Assembly (NCBI RefSeq): GCF_964204865.1
Contig: NC_135263.1
Span: forward strand, 13,702,001-13,766,000
Length of the DNA: 64,000 nt
Source: Styela clava
Lineage: Eukaryota
Direction: 5' to 3'
The stretch's first letter is position 1, and every line of letters starts with the position of its first letter. The notes beneath the pieces are model-generated. The model made no database searches. It was not told the origin of the DNA and saw only the letters and a program-made list of their open reading frames with translations. Shown here in pieces: positions 26,647 through 37,537 of the stretch. The translations under genes were made by a program, and so were the position numbers.

Positions 26647-26950
26647 TATTACTTATCGATTTTAATCGGTAAGTATGTTGATAGGTATTTGTCTGTCTGT
26701 TTGTTTGTCTGTTTATTTGTCTGTTAGATGCACGCGATATCTCACGATCGCAAGATCGAGTTTTGCATGTGCATTCATCATATGTCGTACCAGTAGCCTA
26801 TTGATTTTGGATGAATTATGTCGTATAATTAGCGAGTTATTAATTAATTAGTGATGAGACACAAGGTGTCACTATGGAGTAAGAGCGCTGTTTTGGGGGA
26901 TCCCCTTACTTTCAATCGATAAATCTTCGGTCTCTGACGATATTCTCGTT
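26647..26950 (+). mobile_element. Non-autonomous Helentron/DINE-1-like (HINE) element in intron 5
   Basis: Inserted in a T run with no TSD (empty site gtatatttttatg at ~53635); subterminal inverted ttatcgat / atcgataa, (GTCT/GTTT)n microsatellite and 3' short hairpin. Confidence 0.65.
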
Positions 26951-27966
26951 TTATGTTTTTGTAGCTTTTAGATATTTCACAAAAAGGGAAAATCTAACGT
27001 GACACAAAGTAAGATTCGTTAAAATTCATTATGACGTAATAATGATTTTATGTAAAATGTGTTGCGTTGTCATGAACAAATTTCTAAACTATGCACGTAC
27101 TTTAATATGAGGTCCAAACGTAGTTACTAATTCTTGTATTATTTTCAAATTTAAAATTAGTAATAATAAGACAAGTTTTTTTTATCAAGACAATAACAAT
27201 CTTCAAAACATCTAATTACCTAAACTCTTTGACCCGGATTGTAGGAGGTTTATTTATATATTAGAAAACATTGAAGTACCAAACTTAATAATAGTCAATT
27301 GATTTGTAAAGGTAGAACGAATGCAAGATTTCCTCGGGATACCAAGGCTTCTACAACCAGCAGATTTTGTTCGAAATTCACGGAACAGCCTATATTGTAT
27401 TCGACCATGGTGGAATGGTTACGACTTTAAAGCGGAATTCAACAATTCTCCGGATTGGGAGAAAAATTTGATATGTTTGTCAGAAACAGACATAAAAATG
27501 AAAAAGTAAATGCAACGAAAAACCATATTATTGAATTGAAAAACCTTTATCGATCTTATAACAAAGAACTTTATAATATGTTGGAGATAAATTTCGGATG
27601 GCTATGAATTGTAGTTGCCAGTTTTTACCCAACTAGCACTGTTGAACACTGTAACACACTGCTTTCGTAGAAATATAAGGTACTTCTCGTCATTCTAAAA
27701 TTTAATTAAGCATTGCGAATTTTTTCTATAAAGGGAGCTTTGGCATACTGTTACCCGAGTGTTGAAGTCCAAACCTACATTGACAATAAATCATAATTCC
27801 CCTGCACCAATTTTTATCTCATTTTATCAGTAATAATTGTTGTTGGCGACAGGTATATTTTTAATATTTGTGTTATTTCGTGGTTGTTAAAAAAGATGGA
27901 ATTTCCGTTTTTTTATAATTCTGGGTAAACCATGTAGCAGATGTTCTGCATCGCCATGTCTCATTT

Positions 27967-28188
27967 GGGCGCTTCAGAAGTATATGTGTACCAATATGGA
28001 GGTAGGCTAACTAATTTTGTTCGCCTACTAAACATCAAGTTGTGTAAAGAGACTGACACCTATGGGCAGGGGGATATTCACTTGTCTAACACAGGCAGTC
28101 CCCGAACTTGTAATAGAATTAAAATAAGGAAAATTAGAATAAAATTATGGCCTAACCCTAAACTGGTATACATACTACATGAGTACCC
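27967..28188. mobile_element. Unclassified MITE-like insertion with 6-bp TSD
   Basis: GGG...CCC ends flanked by TCATTT; absent at the paralogous site (~54685). Confidence 0.6.
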
Positions 28189-28699
28189 TCATTTGCTCAA
28201 CATTTTAGTCCACAAATAAACTATTCAAATCAGTAGGTCTCGGGACATTGATATGTATCATTCGTTTCTTTTTTGTTTTATGGAAGTTTGTTTACTATAG
28301 CAACAAATATTCGAACTTGGTGTGGCACGCGATGAGAATATTTCAGCATCTATCCTTATTATAGTTATGAAGGGTATAAACAATCAAAATTCAATTCAAG
28401 GATCAATTGAAATGATATTGACTGCATTATCACATCAGAATAAACAATACGAAAAACCATTATACAAGGAGCTGCTATATTATTGTAATACCCGGAATCT
28501 TTTCGATTCAGAATAGACTTGAAATTTTGGACGTGACATCTGTACCCGAGCTGTCTTATATGCGAGACCAACGAAACTAGTCCAACACGCTTACTAAGAG
28601 GCTCCGTTAGAAGAAAAGAAATTATCGCTGTACAAGCCGAAACTTTGGTTTTAAATACAACTCTCTGAAAATCTTTCAAATTAAATATTGCTCCTGACG

Positions 28700-30040
28700 T
28701 AAATTTGTATTTTGCAATAACTGAAATTGTCAATATTTAATATTTCAAAATGTTATAATTAAATATAATTGAATATGTAATTAATAAAGTTTAGAATGCC
28801 AGCCACCTGTTGTTGTCGCAATAGTCAAATAAATACATATTTACTGTGCCTTCCAAACATTCTTACATATTTACCTTCAAAAACAGTATGAGACCATTAA
28901 ATATTTAGTTTATGTACAATTTCTTTGTTTTAAGTTATCGACTTTATTAAATCTCGACCACACGGGGCTCATCATTAGTTCATGATTTAATTAACTGTAT
29001 TTCGACATATCATGATAAATAATTAGCAAGATGGAATTTGATTTTCGTCAGAACTATCCCTTTATTAAACGCAACACATCGACTATAAATTTAGATACTT
29101 ATTGAGACAAAGAAGGACAGATGTATAATGGGTTTAAGAATTACGAAAAGGATAGAATTGTGATGTATAGTGTTCGGTATACGTAAATTTTATCCCAATA
29201 AAATAGGGTCAGTGAAAACCAATATCCATAAAGTTTTCTGTGAATAGTGTTTAAACCCATTTGCATTCTAATCGAAGCTTTAGTTAGCCAGGTAGTCATA
29301 GGCGCATGGGTATAAGTATCCTCGGCTGGATGTGGCAAATGTTCGAATATAAAACCGCAAACCCGGGAAACTAACCTTATCTTCAGATAGTAATGAAGTT
29401 GATTAATAGTATATACCAAGTTCCAAATTTGAGATATATATCAGATTTGCCTTATTTTATAATTGTATTGACGTTATAAATCAGTTATAATTTACTACAA
29501 ACAACCGAAAGCTGATCCCTTTGTTTGCCAATGAAGCTGGCCAATAGCCTACTGTTAGTTTATACTCATAACTCATATTTTTAGAAGAAATGCTACAAAT
29601 CGTGATGTTCGCGCTCAAGCATATACCGAGTACCAAAGCAAACTTTGGTTTGCGTGTGGATACTAACTCTGTCAAATGAGCGAGTCAGTTTGTTTGGTAT
29701 TCATTAGATCATTTTATGTTTTTTGTAAAATAAAAACAAAAACTAGTAAAGGTATAATAATCGTCTGTGATTTCTACACACCAAGTGTTTTTAGCTTCTG
29801 TGATTGATTCTAATGATGCGAAGATGGAAACATGTCAAAATTATATGACTTTCGGATCATGCAAATTCGGGTATAGGTGTACAGTCATCCACCAGAAGAA
29901 CATTCCGATTCAGAATTATTTATTGCTACTGTAGCGGAACTTTCAAAGGGTAATAACTTAACAGTTGGAATCAAAAGAATTGATGCTGAAATTCCCGAAA
30001 CCTATTTTTTTCCGAATAATCCCTGGTGTCGAGCAAATGC
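28700..30040 (+). repeat. Upstream region plus 5' end of copy D, duplicated at ~33000-34552
   Basis: Colinear similarity from tgtcaatatttaatatttcaaaatgtta through the zinc-finger codons. Confidence 0.8.
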
Positions 30041-31991
30041 TGAAGTTGGTGATCTTGTGTTATTTCAAAAATCAAAAAAAGTGAAGAAGATACGAAAAAT
30101 GTCAGGAAGTTGGAGACAACCACTTGATTATAACTGCGGTAGAATAGTTAAAATATTGTTGAAGGCGATCCAACATAAAGTCAACCGGATGAAAATTAAT
30201 GTGATATCAAATCTGGTTAAAGCTTTTACAATAGACACTGAAGGAACCGTACGTTATGATGACGCTTTCAGCATTGAAAAGTGTAAGAAATGCAGAAAAC
30301 CCGAATGTAGTAAAATAGGAATACACATCTCTGCCCAGTCGACAGATACAAACCCCCTATATACAGATAAAAATGGGTTTTTGGAAGGTCGTGTTACATT
30401 GGGGCTGTCATTTTATTTCCATACCTCCTGTTCTCCGAATGCAAGCGTTCCAACATTTACTCTAGTAAACATCTTCAAAACGTATCCCTTTCTGAAATTT
30501 GAAAAGAAAGAAGAGTTTAAAATTCTCTGGAACCATTTCATGAATGCCAAATATCTTCAAAGGTGTAGTTATAGTATTGTAGCTCGGTCACGAGAAATTG
30601 AAGATTGGAAAGTAAATTTACTTGTCGGTAAAATGATGCATAGCTACAACGACAGCGCAAAGAAGTATATTTCGGGTCATGTAATCACTAGACATACATC
30701 AATTCAAATAATGAAAAGAGAAAGCAAAATTCTCCTGGTACCACGTGATTTTTACGATGGCGTAAAAAGTATTATATCAAAAACATGTTTTGGTGTTGAA
30801 GAACTCGCGCTTTTTCTAGCATCTTCCGATTTGTTTCTTTCTGTGGAACCAACGGACTCGACTAAAAGAGGCATTAAATACAATCTAGGAGTTAAGTTAG
30901 CATCAGACTTAATTCAGGAAGATATACCGCAATTTACTTCGCCGCTGCGAAAACTTCCGAGCAAGATCAATCAGCAAATATTAATGAATTCGTGTGTGTC
31001 ACCGAGCTCGACCTTGTTTTCGCGAGATGATTTGCTTGGTCTGCTTTGTATTCGTTACACAGATCCATACTTGGCTGACGCTTTGATAACCAACGTTGGC
31101 ACGAATACCTTTTCAGTCGCATATCTTTTCAACAATATAAGACGTCGTATACGCCATTTTCAACCAACAAAAACAATACGTTATGATCAACTTCACTATA
31201 ACGTGGAAAAGACAGTTGAAGACGAGAAGACTATTGTGCTTCTTAGAAATGTTCATTGTGAACCTGGTACTTATTTCAATCAAGAATACGTTACTTTGAT
31301 TCGCGGGAACATTGATGAAATTTTGGAGGATTGGGGAAATGAAAATGTTCCGGAGAAAATTAAACAATATTTCGAAGGATCTCAACCGGAATCAATTCGA
31401 TATCCCTATAAGAAGAGAGGTTGTGATACATTGTTCATCGTGGAATCCAATTTTCTTGTTAAGCTCCAAGTTTCAGAACATGACGTTAAAAGAAACAAAG
31501 AACTCAGCTTAAGATTACTCATTATCGGGCCAAATTGTCATTTGTGTTTGACCCATATCAAAAATCCTGAATTAGCATTCACATCAGATAGAACAGACAT
31601 AAATGCTCTGGGTATCATGGAAAACATTGAATTTTTGAAAAGTTCATCCACAAGCGAACACAAACCTGTGATTGTACGACTGGAAAATGTTCAAGTTCAG
31701 TGGGATTCAACGTTCTATTCGGGGGGCTCGTTCATAAGTTTGAAACCGGTTAACGTAGGCGATTTTCTTTGTATTCGCCAAGATATTTCTGAATGCAAAA
31801 GTAGACCACCGTATGTTTGGGTAGCCCATGCAATAGTCAGGGAAGTTGCAAATGAAAAAGTTTTGTTCTCGGTGTGCACTTTATCACAAAATGACAGATC
31901 TTGTGGAACAGGGCGTTTTTCAGTGGAAATTATACAAATTCCAAAGTGTCTTCAATCTGACGACGGAATCGAAAAGTCCAAAAGCACTTGA
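29824..31991 (+). pseudogene. CCCH-RNB family copy D: full length but frameshifted in the zinc finger (36-aa ORF 29824-29934; main frame open 29877-31991, first ATG 30099)
   Basis: tgtacagtcatcc versus tgtacacacagtcatcc in copy E = 4-bp deletion. Main frame has AFTIDTEGTVRYDDAFSIE, IGIHI, FTSPLRK and FLCIRQD...WVAH...FSVEII. Could still encode a 630-aa protein from 30099. Confidence 0.7.
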
Positions 31992-34326
31992 AGTGTATCA
32001 CCTATTTTTGGGATAGATTTTAGTTTTGTTCAGTCAACTTGGGCATTAACGAACTGCAAAATTGTAAAAAAATAATCATTTATATGCAACACCATGCATT
32101 TGCTTCAATATGTTATTTTGTTGATGTATATATTTCCTTTGTTTGTTTATATAATAAAAACAGGAGGAAGTTCTTAAAATGAACAACCGATAAATTCTAT
32201 CATAACAAATCCTTTCGATAAATAACTTGAGCATGTAAATAAATATGCAAGCTGTTTTCAATATATATATATGCATATTCTGTATTTTCATGAAAGTAGA
32301 TTTGGGAACTTACAGAGATAGACCTCGCCAATATTACCGTGTCAGCATCACACAACAAATTACAATAAATAAAATGCCCGTGGGGAATTCTAAAAAATGA
32401 AAAATACAGTCACAGTTGAAAAGCTTTTACCTAATGTATCAAAATATTGAATCAATTTAACAACTTTAAAGTTTTATTATACTTAGAGAGCGCAAAACGA
32501 TATCATATACATATCGTAAAATATATCAATTTATTTCAGTGGTTTTGTATTGTCATTTTCACCTCTTAAGCTTTGATTTCCAAAATTAAAAAAATTAACA
32601 TGCTCATTATTTTCAGTTGTGGGGAATTGTCTTAATGAGTACATAAGGATAGTTACTGAATATATTAATGCTTTTAACCACTTTTTATTAATAGTTAATG
32701 TTATTTTTTTGAAATAAGGATGTTGCCTCAATTGATCGTCAGACACGTAGCAAAATATTCTGGTATTGCGGTATTGTATTTTACATATACATTTAATTCG
32801 AAAAATAAAAAATACACTGCCGCCGCTGCACAAGAACCTGCTATTTATATGTGAAGACAGCGATCTTTCGGGTTCGGCATAGACTTGAGATTGTGGCCGT
32901 GTCAATTCTTACTCAAAACTTTTACCTGAGATGCCAATACAACAAGTCCAAAACTATTACCGACAAACTTGTCTCACTCGGTAAAGTCGTAGACCGCTTG
33001 GCAATTTGTCAATATTTAATATTTCAAAATGTTAGAAATATATTTGAATATGCAATTAATGAAGTTTAGAATACCCACCACCTGTTGTTGTCGCAATAGT
33101 TAAATAAATACATACTTACTGTGCCTTCAAAACATTCTTACATATTTACCTTCGAAATCAGCATGAGAACAATGAACACATAGTTTATGTATAATTTATT
33201 TTTTCCAAGTTATCGACATTATCTAATCTCGACCAAGTAAGGCTCATCATTAATTTGAGATTTAAATAACTGTATTTCGACATATCATGATAAATAATTA
33301 ACAGAATAAATGTTGATTTTCGTCAGAACTACAACTTTATTAAACGCAACACATCGAATATAAAATTAGTTTCTGATTGAAACAAAGAAAGACGCATAAT
33401 GGGTTTGAGAAAAGGGTAGAATTATGATAGACAATAGCACTCGGCTACATAATTTTTATAACCATAAAATAGGCCCAGTGAAAACTAATATCCATGCGAG
33501 AAGTGTTCGAACTCGTTAAATTCTAAACAAAGCTTTAGTTAGACAGGTAGTCATATGCACGTGAGTATAACTCTGCCAATAAGTTTCCCCATTTGGAATG
33601 CGGCAAATGTTCGAATTTAAAACCGCAAACCCGTGAAACAAACACAACTATAATTTCAGGCCCTGGCAATCGGGACATCTGATACATTATGTTGCTTGTA
33701 TAAAAAAAACTTATTTAAAAAAACTCATTGTTAACTAATAGAGTTTAGATAGTAATGAAGTTTCCAAATTTGAGATATATATCGGCTTTGAGTTTATTTT
33801 TATAATTGTAATGACGTTATGAATTAGTTATAATTTGGTTCAAACAACCGAAAACTGATTTTTTGTTTGCCAACAAAGCTGGCCAGTTCTGTTTGTTTAT
33901 ACTCATAACTCATATGTTTTTTTTATAAATGCTCCAAATCATGATATTTGTTTTCAAGCATACAGAGTTTACGCCATATCCAAGCAGACTAGAAAAAAAA
34001 ACGTCCGAAAAAAAAATCACAAATGGTGACTATAACCATGAATGCTGCAAAATAAATGTAGATATATTGTATTTACTCTAATCTTTTTCTGCTAGAAAAT
34101 CTATTTTAAATTGAATGACATTCATTGCTAATCCTGCTGAAAAGCAAACTTTGTTTCTGCATGGATACTAAGTCTGTCACATGGGCGAGTCAATTTGTCT
34201 GGTATTCGTTAGAATATTTTATGTTTTATGTGAAATAAAAAAAATTTAGTATTAGTATAATAATCGTCTGTAATTTATACACGCCAAGCGTATTTAGCTG
34301 CTCTGATCGACTCTAGTGATGCAAAG

Positions 34327-34552
34327 ATGGGGAAATGTCAAAATTATATGACTTTCGAATCATGCAAATTTGGGTATGGGTGTACACACAGTCATCCAGC
34401 AAAAAAAAAACATTCCGATTCAGAATTATTTGTTGCTACTGTAGTCGAACTTTTAAAGGATAATAACTTAACAGTTGTAATTAAAAGAATTGATGCAAAA
34501 ATTCCCGAAACTTATTCTGTTCTAAATAATACTTGGTGTCTAGCCATTGGTG
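34327..34552 (+). pseudogene. CCCH-RNB family copy E: 5' fragment (intact CCCH finger plus start of OB fold); ORF reads on to 34584
   Basis: MGKCQNYMTFESCKFGYGCTHSHP...IKRIDAKIPETY...W is homologous to the N-terminus of D; homology stops at ~34552. Confidence 0.8.
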
Positions 34553-35337
34553 CAAACTGTGGAAGTGGTCGTACATGCAAATAGTTAGCTTAGTCGTATA
34601 GGATGTCACCACCGACGTTCAAGCGATTAACGCGTTCGGAAGTGAAATATGTACCAAATATACACCCAAATACCATCTCTGTGGTGTAATACATTGTGTA
34701 TAGGCAGTCAAATGATTTATCCTCGCACATCTATCACTTTATCCGTTTTTATTTATTATCTCAAAAATCCCTGACAATATGTTTATATTTTCAACATTTA
34801 CATATTTCCTGTTCACAGTGAATCATTCTATTAATTAAGCATAGTTTCTAGTTAGTATTGGGTATTATTGTTTCCTAATATAAATTGGAATCTGTCGTAA
34901 TTTTGCATGCAACATATATGCAACATTGTTTGTAGCAACATTTACTCTTTTGTGTAGATTTATGAATAAAGCTTGTTTCCGAAGAATCTTATCGCAACGG
35001 CAAATAGAACTCCACTACAACATTATTGAGAGAATTTCATATTCCAACTATAATAAATAGGCCATTAATCGTCGGAATAATTTTGTTGTTTTTAAAATGG
35101 AGCAATAATAAGTAATATTTATTTGTAAAAAAATTTCCATTTCGAGCAAAACCTATTTATTCTGCCAATTATACTTGTAACAGTGTATATGCTTTATATT
35201 AATATATTGAGAATCAAAGTAGGTTGAAAATTGATAATTCAATTTTTACTAATACATATTACAGATATTTGAGATAAGACATTTGCTGGCTAGGCTAGGT
35301 CCTGTTTTCTTCAAGATTACTGATAAACAATGTGAAG

Positions 35338-37537
35338 ATGAGTAAGATATGCAGAGTGTACGACAATTTTGGAACGTGCCAATTTGGATATAAATGTAAA
35401 TATGATCATCCAACAAAACACTTCAACTCGGAAATTTTTACTGCAAAGGTAGAAAAAATTAGTAAAACTAATAGGATTATAATTCACAGAATTGACGATG
35501 ACAGATCAGAAACTTATTTCTTTCCAACTTCTCCCTGGCATCGACTGGATGCTAAAGATGGAGATCTTGTGATATTTCAAAAATCAGAGAAAGTAATAAA
35601 AATTTACAATGAAAAGAATCAAAAATATAATATTGGCAGGATAGTTATAGTAATGCCAACATCTATCGGTGATCAAACCGGCGTAATACAAATCAATAGA
35701 GTTCCAAATCAAATCCAACATTTCAAATATAAGTTCCAAGACAAAGCTTTTACGTGGGACACTGAAGGAACCAAACGTCGCGATGACGCTCTCAGTATTG
35801 AACTATGTCAGAACAAAGAAAACTGTAAAAAAATAGGAATACATATCATTGCTGATTCTATATGCTCAAATCCTTTACATATAGATGAATATTCAATTGG
35901 TTTTTCGAAGAAAAATACTAATCTGGCTCTTTCATTCTATTTTCATACTATCTGCTCTGAAAATATAATCGCACCGACATTCAATTTAGTACGAATCTCG
36001 AAAGAATATTCATTCAGGGAATATCTGAAAGATCCAGAGAAGAAGAAAGAGTTTAATGATATTCTTTAGCCATTTTTCATGGATACTAACTACATTCAAC
36101 GGGGACGACATGTTATCGCGTCTACCTTGGGAAGTAAGTATTGAAGACTGGAAAGTAAGTTTACTTGTTGCTAAACTTATGCACCGCTACAACCAATGTG
36201 CAAAAAAATATGTTGTTAGCAACTACAAACTGTTGGTAATTACAAAATGTACATCTATTGCAACAGAAAAATGGGAAAATTGTGATAACAGTCTTATTGT
36301 CCCACAAGATATATACAATGAATCACGAAGCGTTATTTCAAAGAAAAAAACTTGCGTCGAGGAACTTGCGCCTTTCTTGGCTACTTCAGATTTATTTCTC
36401 TCTGTAGAGCCACCGCAGTCAACTAGAATGGCCGTGAAATGTCATCGGGACGTGAAGTTTGACTCAGATTTGCTTGAAGATGATATCGTAGATTTCACCT
36501 CACCGTTGCGGAAAAGTTTTAGCAAAATCAACCAGCAAATACTATTAAATTATATTCTTTCGCCGAGATCACTTCTGTATTCACGAAATGACTTGCTTGG
36601 TCTGATTTGTGATCGTTACAAAACTCCACACTTGGCTGACGCTGTGATACCAAATGTTGGTGCAATTAATTTTTCAGTCTCATATATTTACAATAACGTA
36701 AAACACAATTTGATTAACCTGAGACCAACTAGAAAAATTTGTTATGGCGAACTTCACTACAACATGGAGGTCGAAACTGAAAATGGGAAGACCATTGTAC
36801 TCCTTAAGAATGTTAACTGTGATCCTGATAATTACTTCAATCAGAAATACGTGAATTTGAATCGTGACAACATTGACGAAATATTAGTGGATTGGGGAAA
36901 TGAAAATTTTCCGGAGAAAATCGAACAATTTTTTGAAGGTCAAAATTCTCAACCAGAATCAATCTTATATCCTTACAATAATATCGGTTCTGATACATTG
37001 TTTACTGTGGCATCCAACCTCAGACTGAAACTTCAAGTGTCAGAAAAGGACGTTGGAAAAAACGACAAACTCAGCTTAAGATTGATCAGTATCGGGTCAA
37101 ATTGTCATTTGTGCTTGACTCACATAAAAAATCCCGACTTGGCATTCATATCGAATAGAGCAGACATTAATGCTCTTGGAATCATGAAAAACATAGAATT
37201 CTTGGAAAGAGCACGTACAAACGGACGAAAACCTTTGATTTTACGTCTTGAAAATACTCAAGTAAAATGTAATTCAAAATTTTATTCTGGAGGATCCTTT
37301 ATATGTTCGAAGCCGGTTGGCGTGGGCGATTTACTTTGCATTCGACAAGATATTTTAGAGTGTGGTACTTTACACTACGTTTGGGTAGCTCATGCAGTGG
37401 TGAAAGAAATCGCGAGTGACAAAGTTTTGTTTTCGGTTTGCACGTTATCACAGGATGTTGAGTCTAGCGAAAGCCCTATTTTTTCTGTGGAAGTTATACA
37501 CATTCCACAGTGCCATCAGCCTAAAATTGGAAATTAA
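35338..37537 (+). pseudogene. CCCH-RNB family copy F: full length, nonsense codon plus frameshift
   Basis: MSKICRVYDNFGTCQFGYKCKYDH (CCCH) and TWDTEGTKRRDDALSIE. TAG at 36067-36069 where paralogs have TGG (ILW). A 4-bp AAGT duplication at ~36132-36139 shifts the frame; the remainder is open to 37537. Confidence 0.85.

Larger units (their letters stand above)
15456..27607 (+). pseudogene. Heparan sulfate 3-O-sulfotransferase-like pseudogene (exons 15456-15585, 16099-16172, 16421-16584, 17088-17262, 26107-26378, 27312-27607)
   Basis: Same exons as the intact copy at 50763. A 1-bp deletion gives CCT CGT AGA TAA at ~26300-26310 (intact copy CCT CGG TGG ATA). A 16-bp deletion at ~27488 removes KKGRT and shifts the frame. 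BEL element in intron 4. Confidence 0.85.
9296..28960. repeat. Segmental duplication block 2, copy a (paralogous to 44802-55495); includes the sulfotransferase gene and the copy-specific BEL insertion
   Basis: Near-identity begins at ctaaattc(c/t)atttgatttgttgtgc (9296 / 44802) and continues colinearly through all sulfotransferase exons to ...aatctcgacca (~28960 / ~55492). Confidence 0.9.

Noticed and set aside
36056-36140. Overlap of ORFs 35332-36069 and 36056-37537 as a programmed frameshift or two-gene operon
   Set aside because: Paralog alignment shows a TGG->TAG mutation and a separate 4-bp duplication, i.e. ordinary disabling lesions
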